Source: Bacteroidales bacterium UBA5342
GTDB taxonomy: Bacteria; Bacteroidota; Bacteroidia; Bacteroidales; UBA5342
Direction: 5' to 3'
Assembly: GCA_002408065.1 (NCBI GenBank)
Contig: DHQI01000106.1
Span: 33,990 to 97,989, forward strand
Length of the DNA stretch: 64,000 nt
The notes under the pieces are model-generated. The model worked only from the letters and a program-made list of their open reading frames with translations. It had not been told where the DNA came from and did no database searches. This document shows positions 49,825-59,642 of the stretch, piece after piece; position 1 is the first letter of the stretch, and each line of letters starts with the position of its first letter. The position numbers and the translations under genes are program-made.

Positions 49825-51396
49825 ATGAAAATGATGAAAAAGAATTGGTTAAAATTAGTTGCGCTATTATTAAGCGCATTTGTGACAATGACATTTGTTT
49901 CATGTGATGATGATACAGATGATGATAATGGAGGTAACGAAGTTTTAGTTGAAGATGGCCTTTATGTAAAAGGAGCCGGTACAGCACTTGTTGACCTTGA
50001 TCCTAAAGGTATGATGAAAACAACGAGAAATGAAGTTGTTCAAGAAGATCGTACCGAGTTAAAAGAGATTTATATTGCTGTAGAGGCGGGAGGTAGCTTT
50101 AATATTGTTGAAGTAGCCGGAGCAGAGAATAAGATGTATGGTCCGGGTGATGACTTTATATCTATTGCTGATGCAGATTTAGATAATGATGAGCCTAGAC
50201 CTGGATTGTCAAAAGGTTCTATTATAGAATCAGAGACTGCATTTACAGTTACAGAAGCAGGTTTGTATCACGTGACATTTGATACAGAATTAGGAAAAGG
50301 TTCAGTAGCTAAGGCTGATTGGGGTATTATTGGAGCAGCTACTCCTGGTGGATGGAGTGGCTCTACTCAATTGACAGCTTCGACTTTTGATAAGGAATCT
50401 ATTACATTTTCGTTGGAGAATGTTGAGATGAAAGCTAATGAATATAAATTTCGTTATTCAAATGGTTGGAAAATTATTCTAGATGCCGAGTATGATCTTG
50501 GTGACGGTGATGCTGGTATTAAAGTAAATACCAATTTAGGTGGTGCTTTAGATGTACTGGTGCCTGGTGGTGATAATATTGCTAATACTGTGGCTGGTCT
50601 TTATACTATGACTGTAACTTGGACATTAGCTGATGGTTTGTCTGCTTCTGCAGAGAAAACTGGTGATTTAGCTATCACAGATTGGACCAATATTGATTAT
50701 GATGTATTTGGTACAGGGGTGTCAGGCGATAATGCAAATGCTGTAGATGATCCAAGTTCTTGGGGATGGGGAAAATCTCTACGTTTTGCAGCTCCTGAAA
50801 TCGAAGGTGAAGTTGCTAATGGTGCCATATTTACATATAAATTAGAAGGTCTAACATTGTCTCCTGCAGATGCTGAAGGTTTTGCTTTTAGAACTCATGA
50901 TGATGGTGAATATAATGGAACAGTTCATAGATTTGCAGTAGTTGATACGGCTGCTTCTTCTGATAAAGTTGTTTCTACGACTAATGGTTATGGCGATGTA
51001 AATGCAAATGTAACTGTTGAAGGGCAATATGATATTATCTTAGAAGTTGATGCTTCTGATAATGACAAAACTGTCGTTACTATTGTTGAAGCTGGTGCTG
51101 CAACATACGATATGTGGGGTATTATTGGTAGTGCAACTCCAAGTGGTTGGGATGCTGATACAGATTTAACACCAAATGAAGATGGAACTGAATGGACTTG
51201 GACTGGAGATTTAGTTGCTGGCGAGTATAAATTTAGAGCAAATGATTTATGGGATAGCCAAATTGGTGATAATGGCTCTGGAGGAGCTGAATTTTCAAAT
51301 AATGCTACTGCTTGGGTTATAGCAGAAGGAGAAGCTGGAAATTATACTATAACACTCGATAGTGAAACACCTGCTGTTACAATTACAAAAAATTAA
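49825..51396 (+). CDS. SusE/SusF-like outer-membrane glucan-binding lipoprotein
   Basis: Lipobox FVSC; repeated WGIIG(A/S)ATPxGW ... YKFR(Y/A)... modules typical of SusE/F starch-binding domains; position after susD. Confidence 0.7.
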   Translation: MKMMKKNWLKLVALLLSAFVTMTFVSCDDDTDDDNGGNEVLVEDGLYVKGAGTALVDLDPKGMMKTTRNEVVQEDRTELKEIYIAVEAGGSFNIVEVAGAENKMYGPGDDFISIADADLDNDEPRPGLSKGSIIESETAFTVTEAGLYHVTFDTELGKGSVAKADWGIIGAATPGGWSGSTQLTASTFDKESITFSLENVEMKANEYKFRYSNGWKIILDAEYDLGDGDAGIKVNTNLGGALDVLVPGGDNIANTVAGLYTMTVTWTLADGLSASAEKTGDLAITDWTNIDYDVFGTGVSGDNANAVDDPSSWGWGKSLRFAAPEIEGEVANGAIFTYKLEGLTLSPADAEGFAFRTHDDGEYNGTVHRFAVVDTAASSDKVVSTTNGYGDVNANVTVEGQYDIILEVDASDNDKTVVTIVEAGAATYDMWGIIGSATPSGWDADTDLTPNEDGTEWTWTGDLVAGEYKFRANDLWDSQIGDNGSGGAEFSNNATAWVIAEGEAGNYTITLDSETPAVTITKN

Positions 51397-51410
51397 TCAA
51401 AGTCTATCAT

Positions 51411-51441
51411 AAAATCAACCAAGAGACCGCCGCCTTCGGCG
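51411..51441. terminator. Strong GC hairpin terminator between convergent susE/F-like gene and higA
   Basis: AAGAGACCGCCG-CCTT-CGGCGGTCTCTT + TTT. Confidence 0.9.
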
Positions 51442-51500
51442 GTCTCTTTTTGGATAAAGGTAAAAAAGAGGAGAGAAAACTGAAGGATGAAATACGAAGA

Positions 51501-51866
51501 TTAAACTCCTAAAACAATTTCAGCATCGATATTTAATTTTTGACTGATAGCTCTGGCTATTTTAAGTGTAGGTTCGCTTTTGCCATTCAGGTATTGACTC
51601 AGGCGGGAAGCGCTAATTCCGATTTGCTTGGCTATTTCTGCCTGGCTCATTTTTAGTTCGAACATACGTAAGCGTAACATCTCGTTCAATGTTGGCGTTG
51701 CCATTGGGAAGTTTGCTTCTTCATAATCTGCTATTAAAGTAGAAATGAAGGTCAATTCGATTAAGTTTTTATCGTGAGCTGGCGTGTCGTTATCTACAAG
51801 GGCTAATAACTCTTCCATACGCTCGGTCAGTGCTAAGTGTTGTGCTTTATTTTCTATTTTGTTCAT
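51501..51866 (-). CDS. higA: HigA-type antitoxin (XRE-family HTH)
   Basis: C-terminal HTH MSQAEIAKQIGISASRLSQYLNGK; 4-nt overlap (ATGA) with higB. Confidence 0.8.
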   Translation of the reverse strand: MNKIENKAQHLALTERMEELLALVDNDTPAHDKNLIELTFISTLIADYEEANFPMATPTLNEMLRLRMFELKMSQAEIAKQIGISASRLSQYLNGKSEPTLKIARAISQKLNIDAEIVLGV

Positions 51867-52171
51867 CGTAATTTTCTTAAATTGTTTTTACAATCTATTT
51901 TATCATAGTCGCTGTGTGTGCCAACAAAACGTATGTAGACCATTTGAGGTATAAAAAGTACCTTTGCTACGATTCTGTAGTTGTTGCCTTTTATGTTGAA
52001 AATAAACCGACTATTTCCAATACTATCAACACTGTTAAATGTTGCTTTAATATCAGCAAAACACTGCCATTGTGCTTTATTAACTTTCTTAACCCATTCT
52101 CTTAATGCAACGTCTGCATCGTTATGCTTTTGAGCAAAGTGATATAGGGTTGATGGTGTAATTATTCTCAT
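51863..52171 (-). CDS. higB: HigB-family type II toxin (RelE/ParE superfamily mRNA interferase)
   Basis: 102 aa; ...NSRFIFNIKGNNYRIVAKV...VYIRFVGTHSDYDKID signature of HigB_toxin family. Confidence 0.85.
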   Translation of the reverse strand: MRIITPSTLYHFAQKHNDADVALREWVKKVNKAQWQCFADIKATFNSVDSIGNSRFIFNIKGNNYRIVAKVLFIPQMVYIRFVGTHSDYDKIDCKNNLRKLR

Positions 52172-52333
52172 AGCAGTCTATTTATTGCAAATGTAATGAA
52201 AATTATATTAATTGAAATACAATTATAAAATATGAAATTTGAAGTGTCGTCATTCAATAAAAATATAGAATAATAATTGATGTTTTTGTCTGATGTCTTT
52301 AATCTATAAGTCTAACTGTCTAAAATTTAAAAA

Positions 52334-54166
52334 ATGAAAAAGCTCCCAATCTTAAGCATCCTATTGATGCTACCGATCCTGACCTTTGCAAAAACCTCTT
52401 TAGATCGTGTAGAACCCGCTTTTTGGTGGACCGGAATGCAAAACCCGGAATTGCAGTTACTGGTGTATGGCAATGATATCTCCAGTTGTGATGTGGCTGT
52501 TGATTATCCTGGTGTGACAGTGGAACGGGTGATAAAGGTAGAAAGTCCCAATTACCTTTTCGTTAATTTGACAATGGGCAAAGTTACGAAAGCAGGTAAA
52601 TTCCCCATCTCTTTTACTCAAAAAGGAAAAGTCCGACACACTTTTGAATATGAATTACGTGAGCGTGAAGCAAATTCAAGAATGCGTGAGGGCTTCAATA
52701 CCACCGATGTGATGTACCTTATCACGCCGGACCGTTTTGTAAACGGTAACCCGGACAATGATGAAGTAGTAGGCATGCGCGAGGGTAAAAACCGCGAATT
52801 TAAAGGCGGTCGTCACGGCGGCGACATTCAGGGTATTGTGAATAGTCTGGATTATCTGGATGAGATGGGTTTTACGGCTATATGGCTCAACCCTTTGGTG
52901 GAAAATGATATGAATGATCATTCCTATCACGGTTATGCAGCTACCGATTTTTACAAAATAGATCCGCGTTATGGATCAAACGAAGAATATGTACAATTGT
53001 CTCTGGATGCTAAGGAGAAAGGCATCAAGATGATTATGGATATGATTGTGAATCATTGCGGATCAGAACACTGGTGGATGGATGATATGCCTACTTCTGA
53101 TTGGATAAACAATGGCGGAGAGTTTATCCAGACATCGCATATTCACGAGGCTAATGTGGACCCTTATGTGTCCGATTACGATAAATTCCGCTGCAACGAC
53201 GGTTGGTTTGTAGAGACAATGCCTGACCTTAATCAGCGTAATGACCTTATGTCGACTTACCTTATTCAGAATACCATCTGGTGGATAGAATATGCCCATT
53301 TGGATGGCATTCGTATGGATACCTGGCCTTACCCGGACAAGAGTTTTATGAACAAATGGAGCCTGGCCGTAATGGAAGAGTATCCTCACTTTAACATCGT
53401 AGGAGAGGAGTGGACCACGAACCCGGCTTTGGTAGCTTATTGGCAGGACGGACAGCATAACCACGACGGTTATCACTGTGCATTGCCAAGTTTGATGGAT
53501 TTCCCGATGCAGGATGCTATCATAAAAGGTTTGAAAGGCAATGGTCGTGATACTTACAATATGTTGGCTATGGATTTCCTTTATCCTGATCCTGACAATT
53601 TGGTGATTTTCCTTGATAACCATGATATGAGTCGTGTCTATACTCAGGTGGATGAAGATTTTGCGGCTTATCAGCGTGGTGTAGCTTATTTGACCGTATT
53701 GCGCGGAATCCCGCAAATATATTATGGCACCGAAATTCTGATGGCTAACCCGGGTACCTGGGATCACGGTATTATACGTTCTGATTTCCCCGGCGGATGG
53801 GATGGTGATGAGGTCAATGCTTTCAGCGGTGAAGGTCTGACAGCTCAGCAAAAGCAAGCGCAGGACGAAATGAAGCATTTGCTCAACTGGCGTAAAGAAA
53901 AGGCCGTGATACATTATGGTAATACCAAACAGTTTGCACCTATGTACGATGAGCAAGTTTACTCATTGGCCCGCTACAATGAGGATGATGTCGTGCTGTT
54001 AATAATGAACAATGGTGATGAGGAGGTAAAGGTGAATACTGACCGTTATTTAGAATTAACAGAAGGACTCACATCAATGAAAAATGTCATGGATGGTCGT
54101 TTCGTTGATCTTACAGGCGAAACACTGACTATCTCTGCCGGTGGATTTTTGTTGTTGGAAAAGTAA
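52334..54166 (+). CDS. GH13 alpha-amylase/cyclomaltodextrinase-like enzyme (periplasmic)
   Basis: Signal peptide; DRFVNGNPDND, GGDIQGI, MDMIVNHCG, DGIRMDTWPY, VGEEW, FLDNHDMSR conserved GH13 regions. Confidence 0.9.
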   Translation: MKKLPILSILLMLPILTFAKTSLDRVEPAFWWTGMQNPELQLLVYGNDISSCDVAVDYPGVTVERVIKVESPNYLFVNLTMGKVTKAGKFPISFTQKGKVRHTFEYELREREANSRMREGFNTTDVMYLITPDRFVNGNPDNDEVVGMREGKNREFKGGRHGGDIQGIVNSLDYLDEMGFTAIWLNPLVENDMNDHSYHGYAATDFYKIDPRYGSNEEYVQLSLDAKEKGIKMIMDMIVNHCGSEHWWMDDMPTSDWINNGGEFIQTSHIHEANVDPYVSDYDKFRCNDGWFVETMPDLNQRNDLMSTYLIQNTIWWIEYAHLDGIRMDTWPYPDKSFMNKWSLAVMEEYPHFNIVGEEWTTNPALVAYWQDGQHNHDGYHCALPSLMDFPMQDAIIKGLKGNGRDTYNMLAMDFLYPDPDNLVIFLDNHDMSRVYTQVDEDFAAYQRGVAYLTVLRGIPQIYYGTEILMANPGTWDHGIIRSDFPGGWDGDEVNAFSGEGLTAQQKQAQDEMKHLLNWRKEKAVIHYGNTKQFAPMYDEQVYSLARYNEDDVVLLIMNNGDEEVKVNTDRYLELTEGLTSMKNVMDGRFVDLTGETLTISAGGFLLLEK

Positions 54167-54496
54167 GCTTTTTTTATGTTCGACCCCGGCCGGAGTCATA
54201 CCTTTTTAAGGATTAATTAACTTTTGTTGGAGAAGTAGGAAACGATATTAAGAAGCTGCAGAGCAGCGAAAGTATGGTAGCCGCGGGGGTAACCCGGGGT
54301 ATATAACGAAGAACGGAAAAACGTGTACCACAAGTATAATTGTGTTATAAATTCAATTAGCGTTTGGGGCAAGGTGTTTTTTAAAGAATCAAACATGCTT
54401 AGTCACTAAAAATTACGTTTTTAGTGTCAACGCTGTTAAGTTTTAAGAGCATTGACAGGTTTTTACCAAACGAAAAACATATCAATAATTAATGTT

Positions 54497-56344
54497 ATGA
54501 AAAAGATTAGTTTAATTGTTTTAATTGCCATCACTATGTTTGCTTGTGGCAAAAAACAAGAGGCTGAGCCTCAGGCCGAAGGCAAAGCTGTCGTGTACCA
54601 AGTGTTCACACGCCTCTTTGGCAATACCAACACCACTAACAAACCGTGGGGCACTATTGAAGAAAATGGTGTAGGGAAATTCAACGATTTTACCGATAAA
54701 GCTTTAGCTGAAATTCACGATCTTGGTGTCACGCATATCTGGTACACTGGTGTGCCGCACCATGCGGTTATCCGTGACTATACGGCTTATGGCATCTCTA
54801 ACGATGACCCTGATGTGGTAAAAGGTCGTGCAGGTTCACCTTATGCGGTAAAGGATTATTATAACGTCAATCCAGATTTAGCGGTAGACCCGGCTAAACG
54901 ATTAGAAGAATTTGAGGCCTTGATAGCCCGTACACATAAGGCCGGGATGAAAGTGATCATCGACATTGTGCCCAATCACGTAGCGCGTAATTATCATTCA
55001 TTGACTAATCCTGAAGGCGTAGAGGACTTTGGGGCATCGGATGATACCTCAGTTGCCTATAAACGAGATAACAACTTCTATTATATCCCCGGCGAAGATT
55101 TTGAGGTGCCGGATGGAGATAACTTTACCACGCCTCTGGGGGGTGAGAAGCATCCGGACGCAGATGGCAAGTTTGACGAAAGTCCGGCCAAGTGGACCGG
55201 AAATGGTTCGCGGGCAGCTAAACCCGGTGCCTGGGATTGGTACGAAACCGTAAAAGTAAATTATGGTGTGCGCCCTGATGGTACCCACGATTTTCCTGAT
55301 TTGCCCGAGGGCTATAATGAAAAAGATGCAAAAGCCCATTACGCTTTCTGGCAAGATAAAGAGGTACCTGATTCGTGGATTAAGTTCCGTGATATCTGTT
55401 TGTATTGGACTGCTAAAGGTGTGGATGGTTTCCGTTTTGATATGGCTGAAATGGTACCGGTGGCCTTTTGGAGTTACCTCAATTCTACCATAAAAAATGC
55501 GAATCCGGAGGCTTTCTTATTAGCCGAAGTCTATAATCCAAGCCTTTATCGCGACTATATTCATTTAGGCAAAATGGACTATCTCTACGATAAAGTGGAG
55601 CTTTATGATACGCTGAAAAGTGTGATGCAGGGCTGGGGAAGCACCGACCGTTTGCCGGCTATTTACGATGGTTTAGAAGATATTGAGCACCATATGCTTC
55701 ACTTTCTGGAAAATCACGATGAACAGCGTATTGCCGCACCTGAATTTGCAGGCAGTGCCGCGAAAGGAAAACCGGCGATGGTGGTTTCTACCCTGATGAG
55801 TACAGCACCTACCATGATTTATTTTGGTCAGGAAGTGGGCGAGAAGGGAGCTTTAAACAGTGGTTTTGGTACAGCTTCTAGAACTTCGATATTTGACTAT
55901 TGCGGTGTACCCGCCCATCAGCGTTGGGTCAATAACGGCGCTTTTGATGGCGGACAGTTAAGTGCTGAAGAAAAAAAGTTGTGTGAGTTTTATAAAACGC
56001 TTTTGAATTTATCTAAGAATTCATCGGCTATGAACGGGCACTATGCCGACGTTCATGCCTATAACCGCGAAAAGACAAAGGGATATGATGATAAACTATA
56101 TTCTTTTGTGCGTTGGGATGAGAAAGAGGCCTATCTTGTTGTTAGTAATTTTAGCGAAAGCAAAAGCTATGAGTTACCTTTATTATTATCCCAAGAGCTT
56201 ACAAAAAAAATGGGTGTGGAGCATGCATCACTTAAAGATATGCTTATGAGTGAACAAGAATTTACGATGGCGATAAAAGAAGAGGACGCTGTGGTCAATA
56301 TTAAAATTGCTCCTTTAGAATCTTTTGTGCTAAAGCTGAGGTAA
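54497..56344 (+). CDS. GH13-family alpha-amylase-like lipoprotein (start at MKKISLIVL)
   Basis: Lipobox MFACG; VIIDIVPNHVA, DGFRFDMAEM, LLAEVY, FLENHDEQR GH13 regions. Confidence 0.88.
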   Translation: MKKISLIVLIAITMFACGKKQEAEPQAEGKAVVYQVFTRLFGNTNTTNKPWGTIEENGVGKFNDFTDKALAEIHDLGVTHIWYTGVPHHAVIRDYTAYGISNDDPDVVKGRAGSPYAVKDYYNVNPDLAVDPAKRLEEFEALIARTHKAGMKVIIDIVPNHVARNYHSLTNPEGVEDFGASDDTSVAYKRDNNFYYIPGEDFEVPDGDNFTTPLGGEKHPDADGKFDESPAKWTGNGSRAAKPGAWDWYETVKVNYGVRPDGTHDFPDLPEGYNEKDAKAHYAFWQDKEVPDSWIKFRDICLYWTAKGVDGFRFDMAEMVPVAFWSYLNSTIKNANPEAFLLAEVYNPSLYRDYIHLGKMDYLYDKVELYDTLKSVMQGWGSTDRLPAIYDGLEDIEHHMLHFLENHDEQRIAAPEFAGSAAKGKPAMVVSTLMSTAPTMIYFGQEVGEKGALNSGFGTASRTSIFDYCGVPAHQRWVNNGAFDGGQLSAEEKKLCEFYKTLLNLSKNSSAMNGHYADVHAYNREKTKGYDDKLYSFVRWDEKEAYLVVSNFSESKSYELPLLLSQELTKKMGVEHASLKDMLMSEQEFTMAIKEEDAVVNIKIAPLESFVLKLR

Positions 56345-56505
56345 GCTGAGTGTTTTTTTTGGAGTTTTTTTTAACATCCGTTGATCCTTTTTATTTAACA
56401 TTTTGATGTTTTTTGAAATTTTTCTATTTGTTGTATGCTGCTGAATATTATTGTGTTGTTGAAATTTGTGATTTTTGTATAGCTTGCTGGGCTGCGCCGC
56501 ACTGA

Positions 56506-56548
56506 GCATTTCGAAATGCTCAATGACCACCTGACGAATGTGTCGAAG
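56506..56548. repeat. Left copy of 43-bp inverted repeat (partner 59451-59493); contains 18-bp perfect palindrome GAGCATTTCGAAATGCTC at 56504-56521
   Basis: Direct comparison: 40/43 identical in inverted orientation. Confidence 0.85.
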
Positions 56549-56558
56549 TATTGAGTCG

Positions 56559-56711
56559 GTAACGGGTTTTGGTATTTCAAACAAAGAAACATTGGAACAA
56601 GCCTCACGCTATTCGGCAGGCAGCATCATCGGTAGTGCTTTTGTTAAAGCAGTAGATGGTAGTGAGGATTTGGCTGTTGATATTGTGGGCTTTGTGAAAA
56701 AGTTGTCTTAA
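56559..56711 (+). pseudogene. Fragment of a trpA paralogue (last about 50 codons only): VTGFGISNKETLEQASRYSAGSIIGSAFVKAVDGSEDLAVDIVGFVKKLS*
   Basis: About 88 percent nt identity (19 mismatches in 153 nt by hand alignment) to the 3' end of trpA (18697-18843, opposite strand); no start or upstream trpA sequence. Confidence 0.8.
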
Positions 56712-56770
56712 AATAGACTTAAGCTATTACGCAGAGGATCGCAAAGTGAACGCGAAGGTTCGCTAAGAAA
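56705..56770. repeat. 66-nt segment 100 percent identical (inverted) to 18635-18700
   Basis: Direct comparison. Confidence 0.9.
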
Positions 56771-56979
56771 GAGTAATTATTAAAGAAACAGGTTTTGGGA
56801 GCGTGGTGAATCAGTGTGGACTGAAAAGGAGTGATTATGGAAGTGCTATGCTAACATTATAACACAAGAGGGGAGCCTCTATGTTTTGATTTGTTCTTAT
56901 ATGGTTTATAGTACATTTTTTGCTTTTTTTACAATCATTATTAATTTTGCAGACTTCAACATCAGATAGTAAACACTAC

Positions 56980-57690
56980 ATGAACGAAAACCTGGATATT
57001 TTTAGTGAGATAGAATTTGAAAAGCCGGTAGATAAAATTATTGATCAGATTCGTAATCTTATTATCTCTGGTCAATTAAAGCCCGGTGATAAATTACCAT
57101 CCGAACGTCAGTTATCGGCTCGTCTGGGGATGGGGCGTACTCATGTGCGCGATGCTATCAAACGTTTAGAGTTTTATGGTATACTGAAAACGCATCCTCA
57201 AAGTGGTACTGAAGTAGCCGGAATAGGCATCACAGCGCTCGAGGGTTTGATTTCTAATATTCTTAAGATAGAAAAATCTGATTTTGCCAGTCTAGTAGAG
57301 ACACGTGTTATCTTGGAGATTGAAGCTGCCCGCCTGGCTGCTCACAATCGTACCGAAGACAATATAAAAGCCATAGGCGAGGCTTTGGAAAAACATCATC
57401 ATGTAATTAAAAAAGATTATGCCGGTGTCGGTGAAGATTTTATGTTTCACCTAAAGATAGTAGAAGCATCACAAAACCAGGTGATTAAATCGATGTTGAT
57501 GATTATTACTCCTGAGATTATGGAAAACTATAAATCGATGAGTGTGTGTAATGCCGATTCGGCCAATAGCGCCTATACCCAACATAAGACAATACAACAG
57601 GCCATTATAGAGGGCAATAGTGAGATGGCTGGAGCAGCCATGGCCGAACATCTGAATAATATTTTGGAATTTAGCCGTACGTTGAGATAG
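56980..57690 (+). CDS. GntR-family (FadR/FCD subfamily) transcriptional regulator
   Basis: wHTH LPSERQLSARLGMGRTHVRDAIKRLEFYGIL, helical FCD-type C-terminal domain. Confidence 0.85.
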   Translation: MNENLDIFSEIEFEKPVDKIIDQIRNLIISGQLKPGDKLPSERQLSARLGMGRTHVRDAIKRLEFYGILKTHPQSGTEVAGIGITALEGLISNILKIEKSDFASLVETRVILEIEAARLAAHNRTEDNIKAIGEALEKHHHVIKKDYAGVGEDFMFHLKIVEASQNQVIKSMLMIITPEIMENYKSMSVCNADSANSAYTQHKTIQQAIIEGNSEMAGAAMAEHLNNILEFSRTLR

Positions 57691-58005
57691 ATTCAGTTTG
57701 TTAGGGGTGCCATATTTAAGCCCCCTTGTCTTTAGAATCATTGTGACATGTAAAGAAAAGCTAATCCCTTTAGCCTATCTTAAGTATAAAGGTATTGATA
57801 TCAAATCACTAATCACCTGTTTATACTCAAACATAGCTTCCCTTTTTTTGTTACGTACAAAATCGCTATTAAGCTTTGTGTCTAAGGCCTTCTGAAGGCT
57901 AGTGACTTTTCGTTTTATTAGGGATCAAGCATTGTTTCTGGGGGGGAGTTTGGCAAATCACTTTTATCCATTTTTTCTGTCGATAGTTTTTCTAAAAACA
58001 AACAA

Positions 58006-58074
58006 CGGAATAAGCAGAAAGAGCGGAAATAAAAGTTTGCTTGCAAACTTTTTCCGCTACTTCCGCTATTTCCG
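58006..58074. repeat. Long imperfect hairpin (about 33-bp arms around GCAAAC-TT-... centre) overlapping 9-bp tandem TTCCGCTA(C/T) x3
   Basis: CGGAATAAGCAGAAAGAGCGGAAATAAAAGTTTGC / GCAAACTTTTTCCGCTACTTCCGCTATTTCCG; T9 run 9 nt downstream. Confidence 0.7.
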
Positions 58075-58581
58075 TTGGTTTCATTTTTTTTTGTTCCCAC
58101 AAGAATCCTGCTTGATTCTTTATTAGCCCTTGCATGTTATTTCAAAACTAATTCTTTGTGTTTTTTAGTAATGTAACTATAATATAATAGCCCGTTAATC
58201 TTTTCTATTTGTTTGATTTGTTGGTGTTTGTTAAAATCCTTGCATTTGTTGTATGTCACTGAATATCAGTGAGGAGTTGGAAACAAGGTTCAGCGAAGCT
58301 AATTTGTGATTTTAATAATTGAGAAGTTTAACGAAGTGTTGATAGTTGATGTTTCAACATTATATGTGCCTGATCAATCTTTTCTCCAAAATGTTCTTTT
58401 AAACTGAAACTAATTCATTACTTTTACTCTCGGTGTTGATTAGCTTCAGGAAAAAAGGTGTGATTGTCTTTTTAAGATAAGTTAATCAGTGTTTTATGTA
58501 AGTATCTGATCGTTTGTTGACCTAATGGTTGGATGTTTATGTTTTTATCTTGTACAACGAAATATTTATAAAATTAAAATT

Positions 58582-59016
58582 ATGCTAAAAGGAATATCAC
58601 CTCTTATCAGTCCTGAGTTATTAGGAGTTTTGGCACGTATGGGGCACGGCGATGAAATAGTCTTAGCAGATGCTCATTTCCCCGGAGCGAGTTTCAACAG
58701 CCGTGTATTGCGTGCTGATGGTTTACGCATCCCTGATTTGTTGGAAGCTATCTTGCCACTTTTTGAGTTAGATGCCTATGTGCCTGCACCTATTACTATG
58801 ATGGCAGCGGTTGAGGGGGATAAACTAGATCCCGAAGTAGAATTGTCTTACTTGGCAGCCATACGTAAAACGAACCCTGACATAGCCCCGATAGAGCGTA
58901 TTGACCGTTTTGATTTTTATGATAAAGCACGTGGAGCCTTTGCTGTGTTAATGACAGGTGAAACGGCGAAATATGGTAATATCCTTTTAAAAAAGGGTGT
59001 GACTCCTATAGACTAA
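58582..59016 (+). CDS. fucU: L-fucose mutarotase (RbsD/FucU family); start at [14 protein letters not shown]
   Basis: [34 protein letters not shown] closely resembles the E. coli FucU N-terminus. Confidence 0.85.
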   Translation: MLKGISPLISPELLGVLARMGHGDEIVLADAHFPGASFNSRVLRADGLRIPDLLEAILPLFELDAYVPAPITMMAAVEGDKLDPEVELSYLAAIRKTNPDIAPIERIDRFDFYDKARGAFAVLMTGETAKYGNILLKKGVTPID

Positions 59017-59450
59017 TATCTGACTTAGGATAAGGGTTTGTTGTAATTGCTTGGGCTAATGTGTAGGTTATGAGCGGTAAAGGGTGTCTCCTTAAAAAAT
59101 GAAGTATCTGCTTAAAAAATAAGTGTTTTTAGGTCTTTTGGGGTCTTGACTTTAGCGTAGCATTAAGTCATGATATTTGTCATTGATTGTATATTTAATG
59201 GTGTACAGAGGGCTTTACCAATCTTAATCTAGGTAAATGCTTTTAAGATAAATTCAAGAATACCGTTTTAATGCATATCCAGATGCGATATATGGATGTG
59301 TTACTGTACTTCTTTTAACGATATGTTTCCTTTCCTGTTGCTGTAAAAACTGTTTATTGGTGAGGCAGGGATCTTGTTGCTGCCCCCTGTTTTGCAGACG
59401 TAGGCATAGAATGATAATTAGAATTATTACACATCGTTAAATTTTCTATG

Positions 59451-59493
59451 CTTCGACACATTCGGCAGGTGGTCATTGAACATTTCGAAAAGC
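59451..59493. repeat. Right copy of 43-bp inverted repeat (partner 56506-56548)
   Basis: CTTCGACACATTCGGCAGGTGGTCATTGAACATTTCGAAAAGC. Confidence 0.85.
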
Positions 59494-59642
59494 TTGGTAA
59501 GCACAAGTTTAGCAGGTTATTAAGAATTTTAAACTTTAATAATGCACTGTTATACAGTGGTGTATGATGAGTTCAGAGGTTTGGGTAAGTGTTAGATAAT
59601 CTGGCGTATAAAAAAGATTGACCGACAATTAAAATAAAAACA

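Noticed and set aside
56330-56607. Two overlapping minus-strand ORFs (84 and 70 aa) after the GH13 gene
   Set aside because: They are Lys/Gln/Asn-rich low-complexity translations of repeat DNA, and they span the 43-bp IR and the trpA fragment on the wrong strand.
59448-59567. 39-codon ORF MLRHIRQVVIEHFEKLGKHKFSRLL... starting in the right 43-bp repeat
   Set aside because: The same peptide-like string appears on the opposite strand at the left repeat only because the DNA is repeated. It has no downstream domain, so it is treated as a repeat, not a gene.
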